A DNA stretch of 64,000 nucleotides from Hyphomicrobiales bacterium (GCA_051531935.1 JAOPTR010000016.1:354134-418133), one strand, 5' to 3'; positions 39,546 through 46,925 are shown, counted from the first letter of the stretch. Notes: generated by a model not told the origin, from the sequence alone. Numbers and translations are program-made.

Positions 39546-39621
39546 ATTATCCTATTGATTTGATTGGCGGGGATGATTTTATTATAACTTGCGAATAACA
39601 CAGGCCACACGGCCAATGATT

Positions 39622-40296
39622 TTAAAAACCACCAGCAATAGCGTTCACAACTTTTGCTACGACTTTTACCTCTGTCCCTTTATTCTCTTGGTCAGGGTAT
39701 ATGGTTGTAAATTTTGAGTCATGGCTTTCTGGCACAAGGGCACGACGACCACTAACCTCTGATAAACGCTTGATAGTTGTTTCCACAAGTTGCCCACCGT
39801 CCTTTAGCCGTTCCACCACTACTATATCGCCAATCTTCGGCTCCATGCCATTAAATTCAACACACACAGCATGATAGCCATCTGGGATGCGCTTATTCAT
39901 GCTGTCGCCGATAACTTTGAGTAAATAGTGCTTATCTGGGGCGTAGTCACCAACTAGTGGCACGTCAATATGAGGCAAGTCGGCAATGTGAATTTGATTT
40001 TCATCCACGACTAAAAAAGCCCCTGCCTGAACCGAGCCAAGCACTGGAAGACTAGCAAAGCCTTTGATTGGGATTGCGCCGGTTGGCAGTGGAGATGTGT
40101 CGGGGTCGCTGATTAGATCAGCAGGACTGCAATCTAGAACTTTAGATATGCGTTCCATCCAATCTTGAGAAAGTTTTCTCTCGCCCTTTTCTAATCGAAA
40201 AATTTGAGGCGCAGACGTTCCCACAAGTTCAGCTAGATGCTTAGCTGTCCATTTTTTCTTTTTTCTAAACTCTTCAATTCTGTTCATACTTAACAT
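39622..40296 (-). CDS. cI-type prophage repressor (XRE HTH + S24 LexA-like autopeptidase)
   Basis: N-terminal HTH 'WTAKHLAELVGTSAPQIFRLEKGER'. C-terminal S24 motifs 'GSVQAGAF' (Ala-Gly site), 'GDSM' (Ser) and 'TIKRL' (Lys). Confidence 0.9.
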   Translation of the reverse strand: MLSMNRIEEFRKKKKWTAKHLAELVGTSAPQIFRLEKGERKLSQDWMERISKVLDCSPADLISDPDTSPLPTGAIPIKGFASLPVLGSVQAGAFLVVDENQIHIADLPHIDVPLVGDYAPDKHYLLKVIGDSMNKRIPDGYHAVCVEFNGMEPKIGDIVVVERLKDGGQLVETTIKRLSEVSGRRALVPESHDSKFTTIYPDQENKGTEVKVVAKVVNAIAGGF

Positions 40297-40300
40297 TTTA

Positions 40301-40371
40301 TACCAAACTGGTTATAAATTAAATACTCCAAAATGGTAATTTAATTATTGACTTAAAATACCATTTTGGTA
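40301..40371. promoter_or_regulatory. OR-like tripartite operator between cI and cro
   Basis: TACCAAACTGGTT (40301-40313), CTCCAAAATGGTA (40326-40338) and TACCATTTTGGTA (40359-40371) share the TACCA-N3-TGGTA dyad seen at OL. A PR-like TTGACT (40348-40353), 16-nt spacer and TAAGTT (40370-40375) overlap the third site. Confidence 0.6.
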
Positions 40372-40381
40372 AGTTGTCAAT

Positions 40382-40600
40382 ATGAAATTACAAACGTGGT
40401 TAACACAAGCTGAGATTAGTCGGGCGAATTTTGCAGATAAAATCAGCACAAGCATTGCAACAATTGGCCGCTACATTAATGGCGAGCGCAAACCAACAGA
40501 CGGCATTTATTTAAAAATCCACGCCGCCACAAACGGCCAAGTCACCCCTAACGACTTTTACGACCTTCCAGAAATCCCCGAGAACACCGAGACAGATTAA
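40382..40600 (+). CDS. Cro-like HTH regulator
   Basis: 72 aa, divergent from the repressor, with HTH 'FADKISTSIATIGRYING' (Cro/YdaS-type). Confidence 0.75.
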   Translation: MKLQTWLTQAEISRANFADKISTSIATIGRYINGERKPTDGIYLKIHAATNGQVTPNDFYDLPEIPENTETD

Positions 40601-40818
40601 GACCCGTCCTTTCAGTGGTGTTAGATTATTTCACCAAAGACAATGCGCCGTAGCGCGAAGTTCAAAGCACTTAGGGTCTTAATCTCAAGACATAAAGGAA
40701 GTGCAATGCGGCGTAAATCATCACTCATTCATTTTTGTATTGCGTAACCAAGCCCCGAGCCGATTGTTTTGCTGTGTCTCGGGCACTTTAACCTACCCAA
40801 CATCAAGGAGAAAAATTG

Positions 40819-41352
40819 ATGGCACAAAGTGTAAATGAACTACCCCAAGGTGAGGACGGCATTAACGTCCTGAACAGCAACCCAGAGCGCATAGACCAAC
40901 AACCGTTTTTACAGCTTGTTGGCCGCATGCAGAATGCCAAGCAGAATTTAAACACGTCTAAGAGCAAATATGACGGCATTCGCAAAGAAATGAAAAAAGA
41001 CGGCGTTAATTTAAAGATGCTTGATTTCGTAACTAAGCTTATGGATTTGGCCGACGAAGACATTGTAACGATGTTTCACCAAATTGAAGATTACATGAAG
41101 TTTATGGGCATTGATGCCTTACGCCAAATGGATTTATTTGCTGAAACTGACAACAGTTCCGACAAGGCAATTGAACAGGCGGCGTTTGACAGTGGCTACC
41201 GAGCAGCACATTTAGACCTGAACGATACTAACCCATATGAACAAGGCGAAAACCTCCATGAGCATTGGCTAAATGGGTATTCAGAAGGCGAAAAATCTGT
41301 ATCGGCTGCTGAGCTGAAATCTTCTGCTAAAAAACCTGAACTGGTTAACTGA
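40819..41352 (+). CDS. Hypothetical phage early protein with possible Rmf/CrpP-like C-terminal motif
   Basis: ATG lies 8 nt after AAGGAG. C-terminal 'GYRAAHLDLNDTNPYEQGENLHEHWLNGYSEG' fits the GY..A..(n)PY..(n)W..G[WY] pattern of Rmf/CrpP-fold domains. A central 'KYDGIRKEMKKDGVNLKML' segment is vaguely GapR/DUF2312-like. Confidence 0.5.
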   Translation: MAQSVNELPQGEDGINVLNSNPERIDQQPFLQLVGRMQNAKQNLNTSKSKYDGIRKEMKKDGVNLKMLDFVTKLMDLADEDIVTMFHQIEDYMKFMGIDALRQMDLFAETDNSSDKAIEQAAFDSGYRAAHLDLNDTNPYEQGENLHEHWLNGYSEGEKSVSAAELKSSAKKPELVN

Positions 41353-41885
41353 TGAAAATGCTTACTTTAGATTTAGCAACAAAAACTGGCTTCGCTCTTG
41401 GTGATATATCCAAGGGCGAACGTCCAATCTCTGGCGTTCTAAAATTACCGTCAACTGGCGACGACATTGGCCGTTTTATGTTGGCATTAGAAAAATGGCT
41501 TGAGAAGTTTGTTGCTATGCACAAACCGCGTTTAATTGTATTTGAAGCGCCGTTAATTGTGCAACGTAGAACCAAATCTGGACGGCCAACAATTGATATT
41601 AACTCAGCACGTAAGCTTATTTGTTTAGCGGGAACTGTCGAATTGGTCTGCTCAAGAAATAAGATTATTGCAACGGAAAACAACGTCAAAAGCATCAAGA
41701 AATATTTTACAGGTAACGGAAGCGCCGACAAAGCCAAGATGATTGCTCAAGCCGAATCCATGGGCTTTTTACCGCAGGATGATAACGAGGCCGACGCATT
41801 GGCGATTTACTTCCACATTATGAATAAACTTTACCCCACCCAAGCCCAGAAATGGGATGCCAAAAGCACTGCGAGATTGATATGA
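41352..41885 (+). CDS. RuvC-like Holliday junction resolvase (phage)
   Basis: 'LTLDLATKTGFA' (catalytic Asp), 'IVFEAP' (Glu) and 'DDNEADALAI' (Asp) in RuvC order; 177 aa. Confidence 0.75.
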   Translation: MKMLTLDLATKTGFALGDISKGERPISGVLKLPSTGDDIGRFMLALEKWLEKFVAMHKPRLIVFEAPLIVQRRTKSGRPTIDINSARKLICLAGTVELVCSRNKIIATENNVKSIKKYFTGNGSADKAKMIAQAESMGFLPQDDNEADALAIYFHIMNKLYPTQAQKWDAKSTARLI

Positions 41886-42439
41886 GCCAAAGAGATAGCG
41901 GATTTACAAAAATTAGAAACGATTTTTACGCCACACCTGAATGGGCCGTCGAATGCCTGATGATTGAAGAGAGTTTTTCTAATCGTGTGGTCGAACCTTC
42001 TAGTGGCCAAGGCCATATCGCTGATTATTTAATGTTCAACGGTTTCTTTGTGACTTGTATCGACATAACAGATCATTCGACCGTCGATATTTGTTGCGAT
42101 TTTCTAGAATTTAATATTGATGCAGATAATATTCTGACCAACCCGCCCTATGGAAACGGTGGACGTTTAGCCGTTAAATTTATTGAGCATTCCTTGAAAT
42201 CAACACAGGTAAAACAAGGCAAGGTTGCTATGCTTTTACGCGCTGATTTTGATAGTGGCAAAACTCGCGCTCATTTATTTGCAAATTGCCCTGCATTTAA
42301 GAAAAAGCTCATCCTGACTGATCGTATTGCATGGGCAAACATAGAGCAAACTGCCACGCCATCGGTTAATCATGCTTGGTTTATCTGGGATTGGACGAAT
42401 ACAGAGCCACCCACCATTGCATACGGGGGCAAGCAATGA
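41882..42439 (+). CDS. Orphan DNA N6-adenine (or N4-cytosine) methyltransferase
   Basis: ATGA-coupled start. Motif I 'VVEPSSGQGHI' and motif IV 'TNPPYG'. No adjacent endonuclease gene. Confidence 0.75.
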   Translation: MSQRDSGFTKIRNDFYATPEWAVECLMIEESFSNRVVEPSSGQGHIADYLMFNGFFVTCIDITDHSTVDICCDFLEFNIDADNILTNPPYGNGGRLAVKFIEHSLKSTQVKQGKVAMLLRADFDSGKTRAHLFANCPAFKKKLILTDRIAWANIEQTATPSVNHAWFIWDWTNTEPPTIAYGGKQ

Positions 42440-42585
42440 GCCTGATGTACAAATTATGTTCGGTTTGCAATACCAAGAACCCGCCTTTCGGGCTGCGTAA
42501 CAGAACAGACAATACACATATTTGGTATTGCGCGCGCCACTTACCCCAAGATTTTTGCGATTATATGAATAGGAACAGAAAATGA
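42436..42585 (+). CDS. Small Cys-rich (zinc-ribbon-like) phage protein
   Basis: 49 aa 'MSLMYKLCSVCN...WYCARH', ATGA-coupled at both ends. Confidence 0.45.
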   Translation: MSLMYKLCSVCNTKNPPFGLRNRTDNTHIWYCARHLPQDFCDYMNRNRK

Positions 42586-44066
42586 ACCAACAAATAGACA
42601 TGAATGAAGTTCCTGCTCCTGCGATTTTATCCAATGACGTTTACGGCCAAGACGAAGAAACAGAGGTTTTGCCACCACATGACATAGACACAGAGTGGCA
42701 GCTTTTGGGCGCAATTTTGATGAATAATGACGTTTATTACAAAATTGCTGATGATCTAAAGCCTGAACATTTCTACGAAGGTTTACACGCCGATATTTAC
42801 TTTAAAATTGCCGAACTATTAGGCCAGAATACCAGTGTTTCGCCAATTACAATGAAGGTGTATTTTGAAGATCACCCTATCATTAAGGATATTAACGACC
42901 CTCAATATCTGACACGCATCAGCGCCAATACGACAGCATCAGCACGAACCATTAAAGATTTTGCAAATACGATTATTGACCTTGCCAAGCGTCGTGAGCT
43001 TATTCGGATTGCACAAGAGCTTGAAGACAACGCAAGAGATATGAATTGCACACCTGATTTTGCCGACATTGCAGAGGTTGAGATAAACTCACTCTCACAA
43101 ACTGGCAGCGAACAAGAGGTGTTTTCAATTTTCGAAGCTGGCATGGAATTAATGCGTCGTGCCGAGGAAGCTATCAAAGAAGGCAAAAAGGTTGGCATTC
43201 CTCATTGCTTACCAAGTTTAAATGCAATTTGCGGCTACATGATGCCTGGTGATTTAATCATTCTCAGCGGTTCAACATCTGCGGGTAAAACAGCACTCAG
43301 CCAACAAATTGCCATTAACGTGGCCGAAACAAAGCCTGTCAAAGTCATTAGCCTAGAAATGACGGCGCCTGAATTTGTGAATAGATATGCTGCCCAACGA
43401 TCAGGAATTTCGACTGAAAAAATTGAAACTGGCGATTTAACGACCGCTGAATTTGACCGCGTTTTTAATGAAATCCAAGTGTTTAAAGAAATCAACATGG
43501 ATATTGACGCGAGCGGGATATTAAAAGTTTCCCAAATACGCGCTAGGGCTAAAAAAATGCAGCGTGAGGGAGGTTTAGCTTTCCTTTTGATAGATCATAT
43601 AGGTTTCATTCAATTTGAAGACAGGCGCACAAATAAAATTGATGGCATTGCCGAAGTTACGCGCGATTTAAAAGCATTGGCAAAAGAACTTCGCATTCCA
43701 ATTATTGCCATTTCTCACATGAACCGAGACGCAAACAAGCGGGACAATCACCGCCCGATGTTATCTGATTTATTCGGCTCATCATCTATCGAAAAAGATG
43801 CGGATATCGTGTTGTTTGTACATCGTGAGCAATACTGGCTTGAACGTAATGAGCCAACCGACGATGGCAGCACAGAGTATGCAGATTGGGAGGCCAAGCT
43901 TTCTGAATGCAAAGGCAAGGCAGAGTTAATTCTTGCCAAGAGGCGGCGCGGAAAAGGCGCAGGGCTTCGGTTAGTAGAATTTGATGAAGCTAAGACGATG
44001 TTTAACGAACTGCCTATCCATAACCCACCAAAACAGACCTATTATTCTAGCGAGGCAATGATATGA
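42582..44066 (+). CDS. dnaB: Replicative DNA helicase DnaB
   Basis: N-terminal 'PHDIDTEWQLLGAIL', Walker A 'GSTSAGKTAL', 'LLIDHIGF', 'IIAISHMNRD' and 'SDLFGSSSIEKDADIVLFVHRE'. Confidence 0.9.
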   Translation: MNQQIDMNEVPAPAILSNDVYGQDEETEVLPPHDIDTEWQLLGAILMNNDVYYKIADDLKPEHFYEGLHADIYFKIAELLGQNTSVSPITMKVYFEDHPIIKDINDPQYLTRISANTTASARTIKDFANTIIDLAKRRELIRIAQELEDNARDMNCTPDFADIAEVEINSLSQTGSEQEVFSIFEAGMELMRRAEEAIKEGKKVGIPHCLPSLNAICGYMMPGDLIILSGSTSAGKTALSQQIAINVAETKPVKVISLEMTAPEFVNRYAAQRSGISTEKIETGDLTTAEFDRVFNEIQVFKEINMDIDASGILKVSQIRARAKKMQREGGLAFLLIDHIGFIQFEDRRTNKIDGIAEVTRDLKALAKELRIPIIAISHMNRDANKRDNHRPMLSDLFGSSSIEKDADIVLFVHREQYWLERNEPTDDGSTEYADWEAKLSECKGKAELILAKRRRGKGAGLRLVEFDEAKTMFNELPIHNPPKQTYYSSEAMI

Positions 44067-44974
44067 GCGTACAATTTTTAGCATGGGCATTCAAAGTTGA
44101 GGGATTATCGCCTGCTCAAAAGGTTCTATTGTTGGCCTTGGCTGATAATGCTGACGATGATGGGAAGTGCTGGCCCTCAAAAGCTACATTGATGATCAAA
44201 ACTGGTTTGAAAAGCAAAAAGACCATTAGCGCAAACATGACATTCCTGACTGATAATGGTTTAGTTAGCATTGAATCACGCCAACGTAAAAATGGTTCAA
44301 ATGCTTCAAATATCTACATTTTGAACTATGGGGTAAAAATTACCCTAGGGGCTGAGAAACCCCATGATGGGGGTTTTAACACCCCTACCCCCTCCCCCTT
44401 AAAAACACCACCATACGAACCACCATCTGAACCGTCACTAGAACCATCAATTAAAAAAACTAACAAAAAGGAAAATCAATTATCCATTGCTAAGCCAAAA
44501 CAAGAGCTAGCTCAGAATCCAGACTTTGAAAGTTTTAACCTAGCCTTAGACCAATATTCCGAGCTCGCCAAAAAATATGGTTTGAGAATTCCGCGTGTGG
44601 TATCGGCCAAAAATGAGGTTAAAGCTAGGAAAACTATCAAGGCGCTTGAGAACATGGGCAGCAATTGGGTTGAATATCTTCGAATTATTGCTCGTTCCCC
44701 TCACCTTCTCGGCAAGAATGATCGGAATTGGAAAGCCTCATTCGATTGGATTATCAACCCAACCAATTTTGAGAAAATCGTCAACGGCAACTACGAACAA
44801 GACCGCCCAAACGAAAAACCAACAGAGGCCGAAAAATGGGGCCGCAGATTGTCAGGACTGCGCGAAAAAGACCTTTGGGTGGATAGTTGGGGCAGTAAGC
44901 CAGGCGAAAGCGGTTGCCAAGTGCCGCCACAGATTTTGCAGCAATACGGATTTTCACAGGAGATGCTGACATGA
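44063..44974 (+). CDS. Replication initiator-like protein (N-terminal HTH_36 winged helix)
   Basis: 'LSPAQKVLLLALADNADDDGKCWPSKATLMIKTGLSKKTI'-type N-terminus, Pro-rich linker and a C-terminal domain. Contains the ori-like repeats. Confidence 0.65.
   Translation: MSVQFLAWAFKVEGLSPAQKVLLLALADNADDDGKCWPSKATLMIKTGLKSKKTISANMTFLTDNGLVSIESRQRKNGSNASNIYILNYGVKITLGAEKPHDGGFNTPTPSPLKTPPYEPPSEPSLEPSIKKTNKKENQLSIAKPKQELAQNPDFESFNLALDQYSELAKKYGLRIPRVVSAKNEVKARKTIKALENMGSNWVEYLRIIARSPHLLGKNDRNWKASFDWIINPTNFEKIVNGNYEQDRPNEKPTEAEKWGRRLSGLREKDLWVDSWGSKPGESGCQVPPQILQQYGFSQEMLT
44331..44452 (+). repeat. Candidate origin of replication inside the initiator gene
   Basis: Three consecutive G-tract/C-tract dyads: GGGTAA-AAA-TTACCC (44331-44345), GGGG-N8-CCCC (44348-44363), GGGGT-N6-ACCCC (44370-44385). 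Then a C-tract and three tandem 12-mers, GAACCACCATCT / GAACCGTCACTA / GAACCATCAATT (44417-44452), followed by an A-rich stretch. Confidence 0.4.
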
Positions 44975-45132
44975 GCCACAACGCAGATATTAAATTACTC
45001 GAGGAAGAAAAAACGCTATTGGGCGAACGCATCACGGCAATCAACAAAGAAATACTCAAGATTAGCCGAGATAAATTGGCTGAAATTCGAAAACCTAGAC
45101 TGCCTATTGCAGCAAACCAAAACCACCAGTGA
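44971..45132 (+). CDS. Small hypothetical phage protein
   Basis: 53 aa with an ATGA-coupled start and AGGAG 8 nt upstream. Confidence 0.5.
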   Translation: MSHNADIKLLEEEKTLLGERITAINKEILKISRDKLAEIRKPRLPIAANQNHQ

Positions 45133-45139
45133 GGCAATT

Positions 45140-45646
45140 ATGATTTCAGACCAAGAGGCCACCAAACGCCTAGCAAAGCGACAAGGCAAAACAGTCGTGA
45201 CGGATTTCATCCTCATCGACAAGGACGACAAGAAACCGCATGAGGTTGTGCGTATCCTAGACAATGACCCAGTGCGGAAGTTGTTAAATCGGGGGACGAT
45301 TACGCGGGAGCAGTTTGAAGCTGCTGAGAGGCTTTATTCGGACTGGTACATTGGAGGGATGGCGCCGAGGGTTGTGAAGCCGCCTAAATTCGTTCAGGTG
45401 GATGAAGGCTCGCCAGAGTTGAATGAGAGTGAGATGCGGGGGTTTTGCATGCGGAGATATAATAATGCTATGTCGTATGTTGGCAAAAACTATAATCCAA
45501 TTTTAACGGAGTTAGTTATTCAACAAAACTCCTTGATAGAATCAGGTCAAAAGCTGTTTAATAGGAAGCAAGTCCAACAAGCAAGAGCAGTTGCTACTGA
45601 GGTGCTAGTGTTAGCGCTAAGTGAACTGGTGGATTTTTATAGTTAA
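45140..45646 (+). CDS. Hypothetical phage protein (possible late-gene regulator by position)
   Basis: 168 aa with GAGG SD. Last conserved-looking gene of the rightward early operon before the terminator/late region. No motif recognised. Confidence 0.5.
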   Translation: MISDQEATKRLAKRQGKTVVTDFILIDKDDKKPHEVVRILDNDPVRKLLNRGTITREQFEAAERLYSDWYIGGMAPRVVKPPKFVQVDEGSPELNESEMRGFCMRRYNNAMSYVGKNYNPILTELVIQQNSLIESGQKLFNRKQVQQARAVATEVLVLALSELVDFYS

Positions 45647-45650
45647 CCTT

Positions 45651-46508
45651 ATGGAAAAGACAATGTATCGCATAAAGACCGAAGCAGACCAAACAAATTT
45701 TATTTCCAAACAGGATTTAGACAGCAAAGAAATCTCTATTTATCGAATTACAAATTTCAACCGCTTCCGTTGTGATTTTGAAGGAAAAAGTACAAACAGT
45801 TTATCTAATCCTAAAAATTGGAAATTAAACTTAAATGGAGACAAGTACGAAAATATATTACTTGAAGCTAATTATGAACTAAAATATCCCGGCGGACAAC
45901 AAACAGGGCTAGATTTTGCTAAAGATATTTATTGCCAAAGTTGGTCTTCTTCTAAAAACTCCGACGCGCTTTGGCAAATATACTCATGTAGTCCTGAAAA
46001 TCTTCATGAAAAAAATACGATAGTTGAAAAAAATGTAGCCTTACAAATAAAAACTTCACCAGAAAAACTCATTAATTCCCTTGTTAAAAGCTTTGGTGAT
46101 GAGGGTAATGACAGGGCTTATGTTGGAATAGTTAACTATATAGAAAAGAGTTCCTTTCAATTTATGGCAAACGAACTAGCGTCCTCGATTAAAGCATTAC
46201 CGAATACAAAATCATTTATGAAAACACTGTTCTACAAAAAAAAATCATATGAGCATGAAAAAGAAATTAGGTTGGGCTACATGTCCGCCGAAACTGATCT
46301 TATAATCAAGGCAGAAAACGGTAAGCAGTTTTATGAATACGAATTAGATTATTTAGAACTCATAGATGAAATTATTGTCGATCCAAGGCTGAATTCAAAG
46401 GAATTTGAAGCAATTAAAGAAAAGCTCGTAAAATTAGGATTTTTCAGATGGAAAATTATTAAAAGCGATGCGTACGAAGGTAAACAAATGACAGGATATA
46501 TAACCTAA
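45651..46508 (+). CDS. DUF2971-like accessory protein
   Basis: 285 aa and strongly AT-rich. 'YCQSWSSSKNSDALWQIYS', 'GIVNYI' and 'YKKKSYEHEKEIRL' resemble the DUF2971 signature blocks. Confidence 0.55.
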   Translation: MEKTMYRIKTEADQTNFISKQDLDSKEISIYRITNFNRFRCDFEGKSTNSLSNPKNWKLNLNGDKYENILLEANYELKYPGGQQTGLDFAKDIYCQSWSSSKNSDALWQIYSCSPENLHEKNTIVEKNVALQIKTSPEKLINSLVKSFGDEGNDRAYVGIVNYIEKSSFQFMANELASSIKALPNTKSFMKTLFYKKKSYEHEKEIRLGYMSAETDLIIKAENGKQFYEYELDYLELIDEIIVDPRLNSKEFEAIKEKLVKLGFFRWKIIKSDAYEGKQMTGYIT

Positions 46509-46569
46509 TGCATTCTTTAGTGTAGACATCGTGCACGGTGTATGATATTTTTCTTACATAATATGAAAT

Positions 46570-46598
46570 GCGTCTAGGGCAACCTTGGCGCTTTTTTT
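46570..46598 (+). terminator. Intrinsic terminator ending the rightward early operon
   Basis: GCGTCTAGG-GCAA-CCTTGGCGC hairpin (9 bp, one mismatch, one G-T) followed by T7. Confidence 0.7.
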
Positions 46599-46831
46599 AC
46601 GCCCAAATTCCTAAATTCAAGCACACATAAGCCATGCAAAACATGTATTGGCGCGTAACTTTAGAATCAGACAAGATGTAAAAGCTTGGAATAGCTTGCG
46701 GCGCATCTATATGTCCCCCGACTAGGTGCGCCGCGTTAGCCTTACTATGAGCTAGCGTTCACAGCTTAGAGGATGGTCTCTAAAAGTATATGAGCAAATA
46801 GTCTAATGTAATCAAAGCAAAAGCCACTGTA

Positions 46832-46859
46832 TTGCTTAGTAAGTTGTTACTGAGATAAT
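46832..46859 (+). promoter_or_regulatory. Candidate sigma70-like promoter in the ORF-free region
   Basis: TTGCTT (46832-46837), 16-nt spacer, GATAAT (46854-46859). Confidence 0.3.
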
Positions 46860-46925
46860 GCTTTTGGAAGTTTGTCTCCACACTACAACAGACCAACACT
46901 AACATATTGAAAACAAAATACATTC

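Noticed and set aside
41345-41737. 130-aa minus-strand ORF in the replication module.
   Set aside because: It lies fully antisense to the RuvC-like gene, which has conserved catalytic motifs. It has no SD and does not fit the operon.
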